64,000 bases of DNA from an uncultured archaeon. GTDB lineage: Archaea; Asgardarchaeota; Heimdallarchaeia; Heimdallarchaeales; Heimdallarchaeaceae. The stretch is taken from NCBI GenBank assembly GCA_964549075.1, contig CAZJUB010000001.1:42610-106609 (forward strand), in the 5' to 3' direction. The translations under genes and the position numbers were made by a program. Shown here piece by piece: positions 21,750 to 30,466 of this stretch (the stretch's first letter is position 1; each line of letters opens with the position of its first letter). A model generated the notes under the pieces. It was given only the letters and a program-made list of their open reading frames with translations. It searched no databases and had not been told where the DNA came from.

Positions 21750-23249
21750 ATGAATATTCAGACTGCGAGACTAGCTCACGGAAAAAGTGTTAGTATACCT
21801 ATTCTTCTCAGTGCTACAACCATAGGAACCTTTATTGGTTCTTTAGATGCTTCAATAGTCTACATAAGTTTGGATACCATGCAATCAGAGTTTGGTTTTG
21901 CCAGTCAAGCTCAAATTGAATGGGTAGTTTTAGGTTATTTACTTGCAGTTATATCATTATTAGAAATATCTGGATATTTAGGTGATGTTTTCAGCAATAA
22001 ATTAATTTTCAGAATTGGGATGACTATTTTTGGAGTCGGATCATTATCATGTGCCTTAGCTCCATCTCTTCCGTGGTTAATAGTGTTCAGGATATTTCAA
22101 GGAGTAGGGGCAGCTGGTCTAACAGGCAATACAAATGCACTCATTACAAGATTTACTACTACTAAGAATAGAGGTACAGCTCTGGGAATTAGTGCTTTAG
22201 TCTTTGCTTCAGCTATGTCTGTAGGTCCTGTATTAGGTGGAGTGTTAGTCAAATACTTAGGTTGGAGAAGTATTTTTTGGATAAATGTACCCATCTGTGT
22301 TGTTGGTCTTATTTGGTCTCACTATGCAATTCCTCCCACTCCTACTCTTCAGAAAGGGAAAAAGAAGATGGATTTTGGAGGAGCTATTTTCTTCTCTATT
22401 TTCATAACTTTATTGATTTTTGGTCTTAGTTTTGTCATAAATAAAAATATTTCACATGGAAAATTGATAGGTGGAATTTCCCTCATTGTAAGTGTTTGTA
22501 TCCTTTTACTTTTCCTATTCTGGGAAAAGAAAGTGAATAATCCACTTATTGATTTATCTTTGTTTAAAAACAAGAAGATAGCTTTAGGACTTTCTGCAGC
22601 TGTGCTTGCATTTCAGGGAATGAACATTGTAACTTATCAAATTCCTTTCTTTCTTCAAGATATCAAATATTTTTCTCCCGATATGGCAGGTCTAATTTTG
22701 ACAGGTTTTCCACTTGCAATTGTAATTACTAGTCCTATAGCTGGAAAGCTATCAAATCAGATAGATGCAAAATATCTTTCTAGTGCTGGAATTTTAGGTA
22801 TTTCGATATCCTTAGGACTAATAAGTTTAGTCCTTTCAAGTACTCTCAAAATATGGGTAATAATAATCATCTCTGTATTCATGGGTGTTTCTGTTGGATT
22901 TTTTACTGCTCCTAACACAAATTCTGTTATGTCAGCTGGTCCTAAACCAAAGTTAGGTATTGTAACAGGAATGGTGAACTTATCTAGAAATATAGGATTC
23001 ACACTTGGAACTGCTTTATCAACTTTAATCTTTGTTTTTCTACTTAATAGATATCAAATTTCAACAGGGTTAGATAAACTCAATCCTGCTGTCTATGTAC
23101 CTTCTATGAGAATCATGATTGCAGTCTTTGCAGTTTTTGCATTGATAGGTGCAACTATCTCATTTTTAAGAGGTCCAGAAGAAAGAAACGAAAACAATAA
23201 TTTTGAACGGAATTCTAGTTCAGATAATAACAAAGACTTAAATAAATAA
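21750..23249 (+). CDS. MFS transporter, DHA2 type (paralog of 15598..17151)
   Basis: LDASIV, FRIFQGVG, GPVLGG, WRSIFWINVP. Confidence 0.92.
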   Translation: MNIQTARLAHGKSVSIPILLSATTIGTFIGSLDASIVYISLDTMQSEFGFASQAQIEWVVLGYLLAVISLLEISGYLGDVFSNKLIFRIGMTIFGVGSLSCALAPSLPWLIVFRIFQGVGAAGLTGNTNALITRFTTTKNRGTALGISALVFASAMSVGPVLGGVLVKYLGWRSIFWINVPICVVGLIWSHYAIPPTPTLQKGKKKMDFGGAIFFSIFITLLIFGLSFVINKNISHGKLIGGISLIVSVCILLLFLFWEKKVNNPLIDLSLFKNKKIALGLSAAVLAFQGMNIVTYQIPFFLQDIKYFSPDMAGLILTGFPLAIVITSPIAGKLSNQIDAKYLSSAGILGISISLGLISLVLSSTLKIWVIIIISVFMGVSVGFFTAPNTNSVMSAGPKPKLGIVTGMVNLSRNIGFTLGTALSTLIFVFLLNRYQISTGLDKLNPAVYVPSMRIMIAVFAVFALIGATISFLRGPEERNENNNFERNSSSDNNKDLNK

Positions 23250-23266
23250 AATAGGTCTTTTTCAAC

Positions 23267-23950
23267 GTGAAATCAATTTTCCGTAATGATAGAATAAAAG
23301 AGATAGAGAATAATAGAATGCCTGTTAAATTTTTAAATTATGGCAAATTTGTATTACATTTAATTGCTGAAGAATCTCCTACTATTGATCACTACTATAA
23401 CATTGAAATAATTTCTCGAAATCCTAAATATCTCAAACCTATAAAATATATGGGAATGGAAATTAGCCACACATTTGATGGATTATTGACTTATACAACA
23501 GACCTTTCTGGTGTTGCTAGATCTTATGTTCATCTATACAGAAAAGGGATTATTGAAGCAGTTGAAGGAAGCCTTTTGAAACCAATTGCATCAAAATTAG
23601 AAATACCAAGTATAGTTTATGAGGAAGAGATTTTGAAAGCTCTTCCTGATTATATTGAAGTTTTTAAGAGGATTTTAGTTCAACCTCCATTCAGCTTATA
23701 TCTTACTTTAGTACAAGTTCAAGGTTATGAGATGAAGTTAAATAAACCTATTCTTGGAGTTAATCCTGTACCCATTGACAAAGATGAACTAAAACTTGAA
23801 GAAATTTATGTTGAAGACTATTCTGAAACAGAAGATATCCCAAGATTAGTTCAACCATGGTTTGATGAGATATGGAATGCATGTGGAATGTTCAAGTCAT
23901 TTAATTATGATGAAAATGGCAATTGGGGATATGGTTTAAATTCTGATTGA
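23267..23950 (+). CDS. Hypothetical protein resembling the C-terminal domain of Schlafen/AlbA_2-containing proteins
   Basis: SYVHLYRKGIIEAV, YEEEI, QPPF.LYLTL, PWFDEIWNACG...SFNYDENGNW. Family resemblance recalled from memory. Confidence 0.55.
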   Translation: MKSIFRNDRIKEIENNRMPVKFLNYGKFVLHLIAEESPTIDHYYNIEIISRNPKYLKPIKYMGMEISHTFDGLLTYTTDLSGVARSYVHLYRKGIIEAVEGSLLKPIASKLEIPSIVYEEEILKALPDYIEVFKRILVQPPFSLYLTLVQVQGYEMKLNKPILGVNPVPIDKDELKLEEIYVEDYSETEDIPRLVQPWFDEIWNACGMFKSFNYDENGNWGYGLNSD

Positions 23951-24009
23951 TGAACATGATGTTGACAAGTAGTATCATTTATAAAGCGATATTTTGAACT
24001 CACAATATA

Positions 24010-25305
24010 ATGTCAGAAGAATATGATTTTGAAGTTGCAATAGTTGGAGCAGGACCTGCTGGGATTGCTGCTGCTTTAACTCTAGCAAATGCTGGTATTG
24101 AGACAGTAGTTCTAGAACGAGGTCAATATCCAGGTGCTAAGAATGTAAGTGGAGCAGCTATTTATGGTCCGTCTTTGCACAAATTAGTTCCCAATTATTG
24201 GGAAGATGAAAAATCATTTGAGCGATATCTAACAACAAAAAAAATAACACTTCTTTCTGAATCTAGTTCAGTAACTATTGACGCTGATTTAAGGAATTTT
24301 TCGCAAGCACCTTATAATGGTGTAACTGTTATTAGGCCAAAGTTTGATAGATGGTTAGCAGAAAAAGCAGAAGAAGCAGGTGCAATGATTCTTCCTGATA
24401 CAATGGTCGAGGATTTGGTATGGAAAGATAAACAAGTTGTTGGAGTAAAATCAGGTGAAGAGGAATTAAGAGTTAAATTAGTAATTCTTGCAGAAGGAGC
24501 GAATGAAATCTTAGTTCAAAAAGCTAAACTGATGAAGAAACCAAAAGCAAAACATTATGCTTTAGGTATGAAAGAAACATATGAGCTTTCTAAAGATAAA
24601 ATAGAACAGAGATTTCATTTAGCTGAAAAGGAAGGACTCAGTAACGAAATATTAGGAACTACAAGAGGTATTCCAGGTGGTGGTTTTTATTATACAAACA
24701 GAGATACAATCTCATTTGGTTTAATACTCAACATGGATGTTCTAACAAAGAAAAAACTTGAAGCACCAGATGTTCTTGAGGAATTTAAAACTCATTCCTA
24801 TATCCAGAAGTTACTCAAAGATGCAAAAATGATAGAATATTCAGCTCACATAATACCTGAAGGTGGCTTCAAACATATGCCAAAACTCTATGGAAATGGA
24901 GTTCTAGTTGCAGGTGACGCTGGAGGAATGGTTCTTAACGCAGGTCTTTATATTGAAGGTATAAATTTTGCTTTAGAATCTGGAAGAATTGCTGGTGAAT
25001 CTGCAATTGAAATACTTAAAACCGAGAGATATACTAAGAAAGAAACCAAAATTTACATGAAAAACCTTAAACAAAGTTTTGTCTATAAAGACTTGAAGAC
25101 CTTTAAACGAGCTTCTCACTTCCTTGAGAACAAACACATGTTCACTACAGCTCCAGATTTAGTAACTTCTCTCATGGAGAGATTATTAAGAAATAATGGA
25201 CAACCAAGGAAAAGAATAGTTGTGACAGCTGTATGGCATGTTTTGAAGAAAACGCCTCTATTTGCTTTGATAAAATTACTATTAGGAGCGGTGAGATCAT
25301 TATGA
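24010..25305 (+). CDS. fixC: ETF:quinone oxidoreductase FixC-like flavoprotein
   Basis: GAGPAG, ERGQYPGAKNVSG, FDRWLA, GGGFYYTN, EYSAHIIPEGG, GDAGG. Confidence 0.92.
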   Translation: MSEEYDFEVAIVGAGPAGIAAALTLANAGIETVVLERGQYPGAKNVSGAAIYGPSLHKLVPNYWEDEKSFERYLTTKKITLLSESSSVTIDADLRNFSQAPYNGVTVIRPKFDRWLAEKAEEAGAMILPDTMVEDLVWKDKQVVGVKSGEEELRVKLVILAEGANEILVQKAKLMKKPKAKHYALGMKETYELSKDKIEQRFHLAEKEGLSNEILGTTRGIPGGGFYYTNRDTISFGLILNMDVLTKKKLEAPDVLEEFKTHSYIQKLLKDAKMIEYSAHIIPEGGFKHMPKLYGNGVLVAGDAGGMVLNAGLYIEGINFALESGRIAGESAIEILKTERYTKKETKIYMKNLKQSFVYKDLKTFKRASHFLENKHMFTTAPDLVTSLMERLLRNNGQPRKRIVVTAVWHVLKKTPLFALIKLLLGAVRSL

Positions 25306-25613
25306 GCAAAGTAAAACAACACAAAACCATTGAAGAGAAATTAGATTTAACAAAGTTTACATCAGATCAAAATTATGCGCATATTACTATCGAACCAGCA
25401 ATATGCAAAGCAAAATGTACAACATATGAATGTGTGTATGGATGTCCAGCTAGCTGCTACAAATTTACGGAAGGTGAAGAAGCTGAAGGTCCGGTATCTT
25501 TTGATTATATTGCTTGTTTAGAATGTGGAACTTGTAAGCTAGTTTGTCCTCATGGAAGTGTAGATTGGCATTATCCAAAGGGTGGATTTGGAGTAGAGTT
25601 CAAATACAGCTAA
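25302..25613 (+). CDS. fixX: FixX-like ferredoxin
   Basis: CVYGCPASCY, CLECGTC, WHYPKGGFGV. Start placed at ATG 25302, overlapping the fixC stop. Confidence 0.9.
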   Translation: MSKVKQHKTIEEKLDLTKFTSDQNYAHITIEPAICKAKCTTYECVYGCPASCYKFTEGEEAEGPVSFDYIACLECGTCKLVCPHGSVDWHYPKGGFGVEFKYS

Positions 25614-25751
25614 ATTCTGTTTGTGAAAACTCTATTTTTTCTTTTTATTTTGTCGGTTATTATGATATTAGTTCCAATACCTAACGTAAAAATAGCATTT
25701 GCATCCTTAAATATTCAAATCGTTCATATCCTCTAACAGAAGGTTGTTATT

Positions 25752-26984
25752 TTGAAGATTGAGAGGACCCAAGCTAAAACTCTAATTCGTACAAGTAATA
25801 GGAGTCCTCATCATATTCACTTCAATATCTACCAAGGTTGTTATCATAATTGTGTTTATTGTAATGGTTTTGCTAACAATTATAACATGCATGATGATTT
25901 TGGAGAGAAGATTAAGGCTAAAATCAACGCTCCCGAACTATTTGAAAAATACTTGATAAAAGAAGGTTATTATCCAATATTTAGAGAGGGGACTACAACT
26001 TTAGATGAGTTTTTTCCTCATTCGAAATTATATAATAAAGAGAATAAAAAACCTGAATTTCTTCTAAGTTTATTTGGTAATGTATGTGATATATATCAAC
26101 CTGCTGAAAAAGAATTGCAGTTAACCCGAAAATTACTTCAGATAGCATACGAATACGGTATTCCAGTAAGATTATTGACCAAGAATGATTTAGTACTTCG
26201 AGATTTAGATCTGATTAAGAAAATACACAAGGTTTCTTTCGCTCGTGTTGCTTTTACTATTACTCTTATCAATGAAGAAAATCAACGAATTTTCGAACCG
26301 AGAGCTAGTTCGTCTATAGCTAGATTACATGCTCTTAAGAAATTCAGAGAAGAAGGAATCCCCTCAGGAGTATATATTACACCAGTTATACCTTTTATCG
26401 GAGATACAGAAGAAAATCTCAATAGAATATATGGCCAGTTGAAATCTTACAATTCTGAATTTGTAATAACTGGTGGGTTGACTCTTAAACCAGGAAGAAA
26501 CAAAGAACGGTTTATGCAAGTGATACGAGATAATTACCCACATCTATATTCCAAGTTCAATGAACTATATTCAAATAATAATCGATATGGTCAACCAAAT
26601 CCTCTAATTGCCCAGAAATTCAATTTAATTCAACCTGTCAAAAGAGGATATGAACTAGCTCATAAATTCGGACTAAATTATTTCGAACCAAGATATATCC
26701 CAAATGTGAAAAACAGAATCAATCTCACTATAGCTACGTATCTCGCTCGAATTGGTTTTATAAAAAATGAGATTTCTCAAGAAGATGGCACAATAGGTCA
26801 TGAATTCAGAAAAGCTGCGTCAGTTCTAGAGTATCTTGATACTAACATCTCGTTAATGTCTAATTCTGATTTTGAAACCTTACAATTATCTTCTTCAACA
26901 ATTCCTATCATTAAGGATATTATTAAGACAGGTAAATGTAATTATTTAGAACAAAATGGGGATTTTGGTTCTCTTTTTGTATAG
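25752..26984 (+). CDS. Radical SAM protein, spore photoproduct lyase/Rv2578c-like
   Basis: NIYQGCYHNCVYC, DIYQPAE, LTKNDLVLRD, FEPRAS, PVIPFIGD. Confidence 0.85.
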   Translation: MKIERTQAKTLIRTSNRSPHHIHFNIYQGCYHNCVYCNGFANNYNMHDDFGEKIKAKINAPELFEKYLIKEGYYPIFREGTTTLDEFFPHSKLYNKENKKPEFLLSLFGNVCDIYQPAEKELQLTRKLLQIAYEYGIPVRLLTKNDLVLRDLDLIKKIHKVSFARVAFTITLINEENQRIFEPRASSSIARLHALKKFREEGIPSGVYITPVIPFIGDTEENLNRIYGQLKSYNSEFVITGGLTLKPGRNKERFMQVIRDNYPHLYSKFNELYSNNNRYGQPNPLIAQKFNLIQPVKRGYELAHKFGLNYFEPRYIPNVKNRINLTIATYLARIGFIKNEISQEDGTIGHEFRKAASVLEYLDTNISLMSNSDFETLQLSSSTIPIIKDIIKTGKCNYLEQNGDFGSLFV

Positions 26985-27058
26985 CAACTTAATGGTTTTC
27001 TTACATCTATTGTTATTTTTATGCGATAGATTTTTGAATAAAGATAGTTATTACAATC

Positions 27059-27928
27059 TTGAGTTCTATGAGTGGAATTGACCAACTTAAGGAAATTATT
27101 CCAGATGTTATAGCTGGATTTGTTAGGTTTGCAGATTATGTTATGATTCCTGACACATCTCCTATAAAAAATAAGAATGTTCTCCTTCCAATCCTTAAAA
27201 GGATGAAAGAGGGAGGAGCTAATGGGTGTCTATTCTATCTTTATGATGAGGAAATGGCCAAATTTCTAAATACAGTTAAAGCAGAAATTAAAAATTTCCC
27301 AATTATGATAATTGTTCGAGCTGCAGAGATGGGTAAAATCATATCTCTGTTGAAAGTCTTAGAATTCAAACCTTTAGTTATTTTTCTAGATTATGCAATT
27401 TCTGACCAAAGAGATAATGATCTTGTGAACAAATATATCAATGGTCTGACTAAATATTCTGATCACATAGGACTTTTCACAATTGAACCGATAGGTACTG
27501 TATCATTCTTTATTACTGCAAACTCCAAAATTAGCGTTTATCTAATTCCTTTCAATATGTTAGGATTTGGTGTACAAAATAGAAGCTTACTAGAAATGAT
27601 AGTCAATTCTTCTGAAATGATTTATGTTTCTATGAATCCACTTGCTCAAGGAAGAATAAAACCACGACAAGCATTCGATTATATAACTACACACAAAATC
27701 CATGGATCACTAATAGAAATAGCTAATATGGATGTTAATTTAGAAGCAATAAAGTTTGCGAAATATTTCTTTGAGACACATGATTTCTTGCAAATAGCGT
27801 TAGAATTTGAAGATCATTCAGAGGTTTGTGAGACATGTGGTTTGGGAATGTACAGATATTTTCCACCCTCAGGTGGTAGTGGATTCTATTGCCCACAATG
27901 CCAATCTACAAAGGAAACTCCTAAGTAA
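27059..27928 (+). CDS. Hypothetical protein, degenerate aldo/keto-reductase-like barrel with C-terminal zinc ribbon
   Basis: LIPFNMLG and MNPLAQGRI segments, C-terminal CETC-x15-CPQC. Confidence 0.55.
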   Translation: MSSMSGIDQLKEIIPDVIAGFVRFADYVMIPDTSPIKNKNVLLPILKRMKEGGANGCLFYLYDEEMAKFLNTVKAEIKNFPIMIIVRAAEMGKIISLLKVLEFKPLVIFLDYAISDQRDNDLVNKYINGLTKYSDHIGLFTIEPIGTVSFFITANSKISVYLIPFNMLGFGVQNRSLLEMIVNSSEMIYVSMNPLAQGRIKPRQAFDYITTHKIHGSLIEIANMDVNLEAIKFAKYFFETHDFLQIALEFEDHSEVCETCGLGMYRYFPPSGGSGFYCPQCQSTKETPK

Positions 27929-27936
27929 TTGAATAG

Positions 27937-28509
27937 GTGAGAAAGATTAGCAAATGTCCTTTCTGTGGAAGGTCTAATCCAGATAACTCTATTTTTTGTG
28001 CTTATTGTGGGAAAAAGATGAGTGAACAAGTTGCACTAAATTCTTCCCAGACTAACTTGGAAACAACTTTTAAACAGTCTATCTTTAAGATCAAACAACA
28101 AGTTTCCAAATTCATTTCTAATTTAGAATCCAAGGTAGAAGATTCAGCTTCAATATCTTTTGTAAATAAGCAGAGAATACTCAACCTATTAAATCAGGTT
28201 CAGTTTCAGGATCAGCGAGAGTTCGATAAAGATAATGAAGAATTATCCAGTTGGGTTGAGAAAGTTGAAAAAGCCATATCTGGAGAAAAGTGTATTATTT
28301 GTTTACAAGATTTTGTTGTTAAAGAAGGAGAAAAATTAAATGTGATTTTATGTCCATCCTGCAATTATGCAGGGCACCCTAACCATTTTATAGCTTGGTT
28401 AGACACTAGAAAAAACTGTCCAATGTGCCGAAGTAATCTCTCCAAAGAAAACCTGCTCAGAGGTTATTTAGAGCTTAAAAATAATCAGTTAATATTTGTA
28501 AAAATTTAG
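27937..28509 (+). CDS. Zinc-ribbon plus RING-finger protein (putative E3 ubiquitin ligase)
   Basis: N-terminal CPFC...CAYCG, C-terminal CIIC...CPSC-x4-H-x2-H-x3-W-x6-CPMC. Confidence 0.8.
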   Translation: MRKISKCPFCGRSNPDNSIFCAYCGKKMSEQVALNSSQTNLETTFKQSIFKIKQQVSKFISNLESKVEDSASISFVNKQRILNLLNQVQFQDQREFDKDNEELSSWVEKVEKAISGEKCIICLQDFVVKEGEKLNVILCPSCNYAGHPNHFIAWLDTRKNCPMCRSNLSKENLLRGYLELKNNQLIFVKI

Positions 28510-28511
28510 AT

Positions 28512-29324
28512 TTATTTATCATCTTGAGGTTTTTTCTTTTCTAATATTTCTTCTTTATATTTATTTAGTAATTCTTTGAATTCTTGTGCTTTCAATCTTG
28601 GACCATCAGAATATACTATTGGTCCTCCTACACAAATCATTGCTCTATCTTCAAAGTGATAGAATAAACTTTTAACTATTAGATGCTCACTTCCATAAAT
28701 AGGAGCTATTGCTAGGATATTAGAGCCTATTTTTTCTTTTAATTTTCTAACATCTTTAACATCAATATGATCTGCATTTCCTATCCAAAATCCATCAACT
28801 TGAGTTTTTCTGCACCTTTCAGCAACATACAAGAATAATGGTTGTTCATTCACAGTAGCGACTTTGTAAAGCATTGATTCTGGATTTGATAGTAACATTA
28901 AAACAATAATACCAAGATTTCTTTGTTGTGCAAGTAAAGATGCTTTATCAATATTAGCACTAAATGGAGAGAATGTAAAGGCATCGAAGTTTTCTTCTTT
29001 AAACCAAAAGATTGCCGCATCATTGGAAGTATCTATGTCTCCCAATTTATGGTCTATTATAGATAGTAAGTTGTTCTGATGTATTAGTATATTAAGTGAC
29101 CGTATCTGATCTGCTGTTAAACCAATTAGATATTGTCGATTCAATTTAATAACACTACAATAAGGAGCTACGTCTGTTATTATTCGTTTCATAAAAACCA
29201 TTCGATCATCATCTGGCATTACAGCTCGTGACCTTTGAGATGGTAGAGCAGGATCTAAACTGACACATAATTGAGTGTTCTTGCTTCTAGATATCTCAAG
29301 ATATTTTTCTATAAATTGTGACAT
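28512..29324 (-). CDS. pyrF: OMP decarboxylase-like protein (degenerate phosphate-binding motifs)
   Basis: CVSLDP, VIKLNRQY, DHKLGDI core, LSNP. The PGxGxQ and VGR motifs are altered. Confidence 0.8.
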   Translation of the reverse strand: MSQFIEKYLEISRSKNTQLCVSLDPALPSQRSRAVMPDDDRMVFMKRIITDVAPYCSVIKLNRQYLIGLTADQIRSLNILIHQNNLLSIIDHKLGDIDTSNDAAIFWFKEENFDAFTFSPFSANIDKASLLAQQRNLGIIVLMLLSNPESMLYKVATVNEQPLFLYVAERCRKTQVDGFWIGNADHIDVKDVRKLKEKIGSNILAIAPIYGSEHLIVKSLFYHFEDRAMICVGGPIVYSDGPRLKAQEFKELLNKYKEEILEKKKPQDDK

Positions 29325-29437
29325 CTACATATTCACAAGAAAAGAATATTAGACATTGTTTATAATAGTTGTTTTTGTTTCTTGTAGCAATTTTTAAGTA
29401 TCAAACCTAATATGAAATCATTTTATCAACAGAAAAA

Positions 29438-29455
29438 TTTGCAACATTATGCAAA
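29438..29455. promoter_or_regulatory. Palindromic operator candidate TTTGCA-N6-TGCAAA
   Basis: TTTGCAACATTATGCAAA lies between the divergent pyrF-like and HTH-PRTase genes. Confidence 0.6.
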
Positions 29456-29579
29456 GTTCGTATTTTAAATACATATGGTATTTTTGTTTTTATTTAGATG
29501 AAAAGGAAATGTTACAAAACAAATTTCAAGGATATAAGGAATAAATTTGCATAAAATATAATCAAAGAAAAGACATATA

Positions 29580-29595
29580 TTGCACAATATTGCAA
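29580..29595. promoter_or_regulatory. Second operator copy TTGCA-N6-TGCAA
   Basis: TTGCACAATATTGCAA lies about 45 bp upstream of the HTH-PRTase start. Confidence 0.6.
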
Positions 29596-29639
29596 ATCTT
29601 TTTGAATAAGATTAGTTTGAACAAAAAGAAGTGACATAA

Positions 29640-30419
29640 ATGTCTTCCACAAACACTCCTGAAAGTTATATTGATGCTCAAGAAAAATTAATGACTCTAA
29701 ATCTCCTTCAAATAGCTTTTAAAAAATTTGATACATTGGAGAGCTTCAGATCATATTTGTTAACACATGATGTTGAAGTATCTGTTGCAAATCTTTCTCG
29801 CTACATAAATGGTAAAGCTATTCCCAAATCTAAACTTAAAGATTCTCTACTAGAAGTCTTGGTTGATAATAAAGAACTAGGATTAACAATTAAGGACTTG
29901 ATATTAAGCCATATTGATATAAATATAAATGAACAAGGTACTATTTCTGTAAACAATAGTTATCTTCTCAATGATTCGAAGAATCTTAATGCTATCTTGT
30001 TCTTAGCAATTCAACAGAACATAATACCTTGTGGAATTACTAAAATAATAACTGCTGAAGTTGATGGCATTCCAATTGCAACGACTCTTGCTCATTTATT
30101 GAATATTGATTGTGTGTATGCTAGAAAAAAGAAACCTATAGGCACAATGAACTATCACAGTGAAGACATTCTATCTCCAAATACCGGTAGAATAGAGACA
30201 CTCTATTTTCCAGAGAAATTCATACGAAGTAAAGAACAAGTTCTCATTATTGATGATATTATTCGCTCTGGAGCAACACAAACAGCTTTGGTTAATCTTG
30301 TTAGCAAATGTGAAGGGATACCTCTTAAAGTTCTAATTCTAGTTGGTATTGGTGAGCATTGGAAAAAGACGACTAAACTAAGGTTTACTGAATTTCAAGC
30401 TCTTGTACCACTAAGTTAA
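29640..30419 (+). CDS. HTH plus phosphoribosyltransferase domain protein (PurR/Apt-like regulator)
   Basis: N-terminal SVANLSRYINGKAIP HTH, TAEVDGIPIA, YARK, PRPP loop LIIDDIIRSGAT. Confidence 0.85.
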   Translation: MSSTNTPESYIDAQEKLMTLNLLQIAFKKFDTLESFRSYLLTHDVEVSVANLSRYINGKAIPKSKLKDSLLEVLVDNKELGLTIKDLILSHIDININEQGTISVNNSYLLNDSKNLNAILFLAIQQNIIPCGITKIITAEVDGIPIATTLAHLLNIDCVYARKKKPIGTMNYHSEDILSPNTGRIETLYFPEKFIRSKEQVLIIDDIIRSGATQTALVNLVSKCEGIPLKVLILVGIGEHWKKTTKLRFTEFQALVPLS

Positions 30420-30466
30420 AAACTTTAAATCAGATAAATGTATTGTTTAACAGCATTTATCTATAT

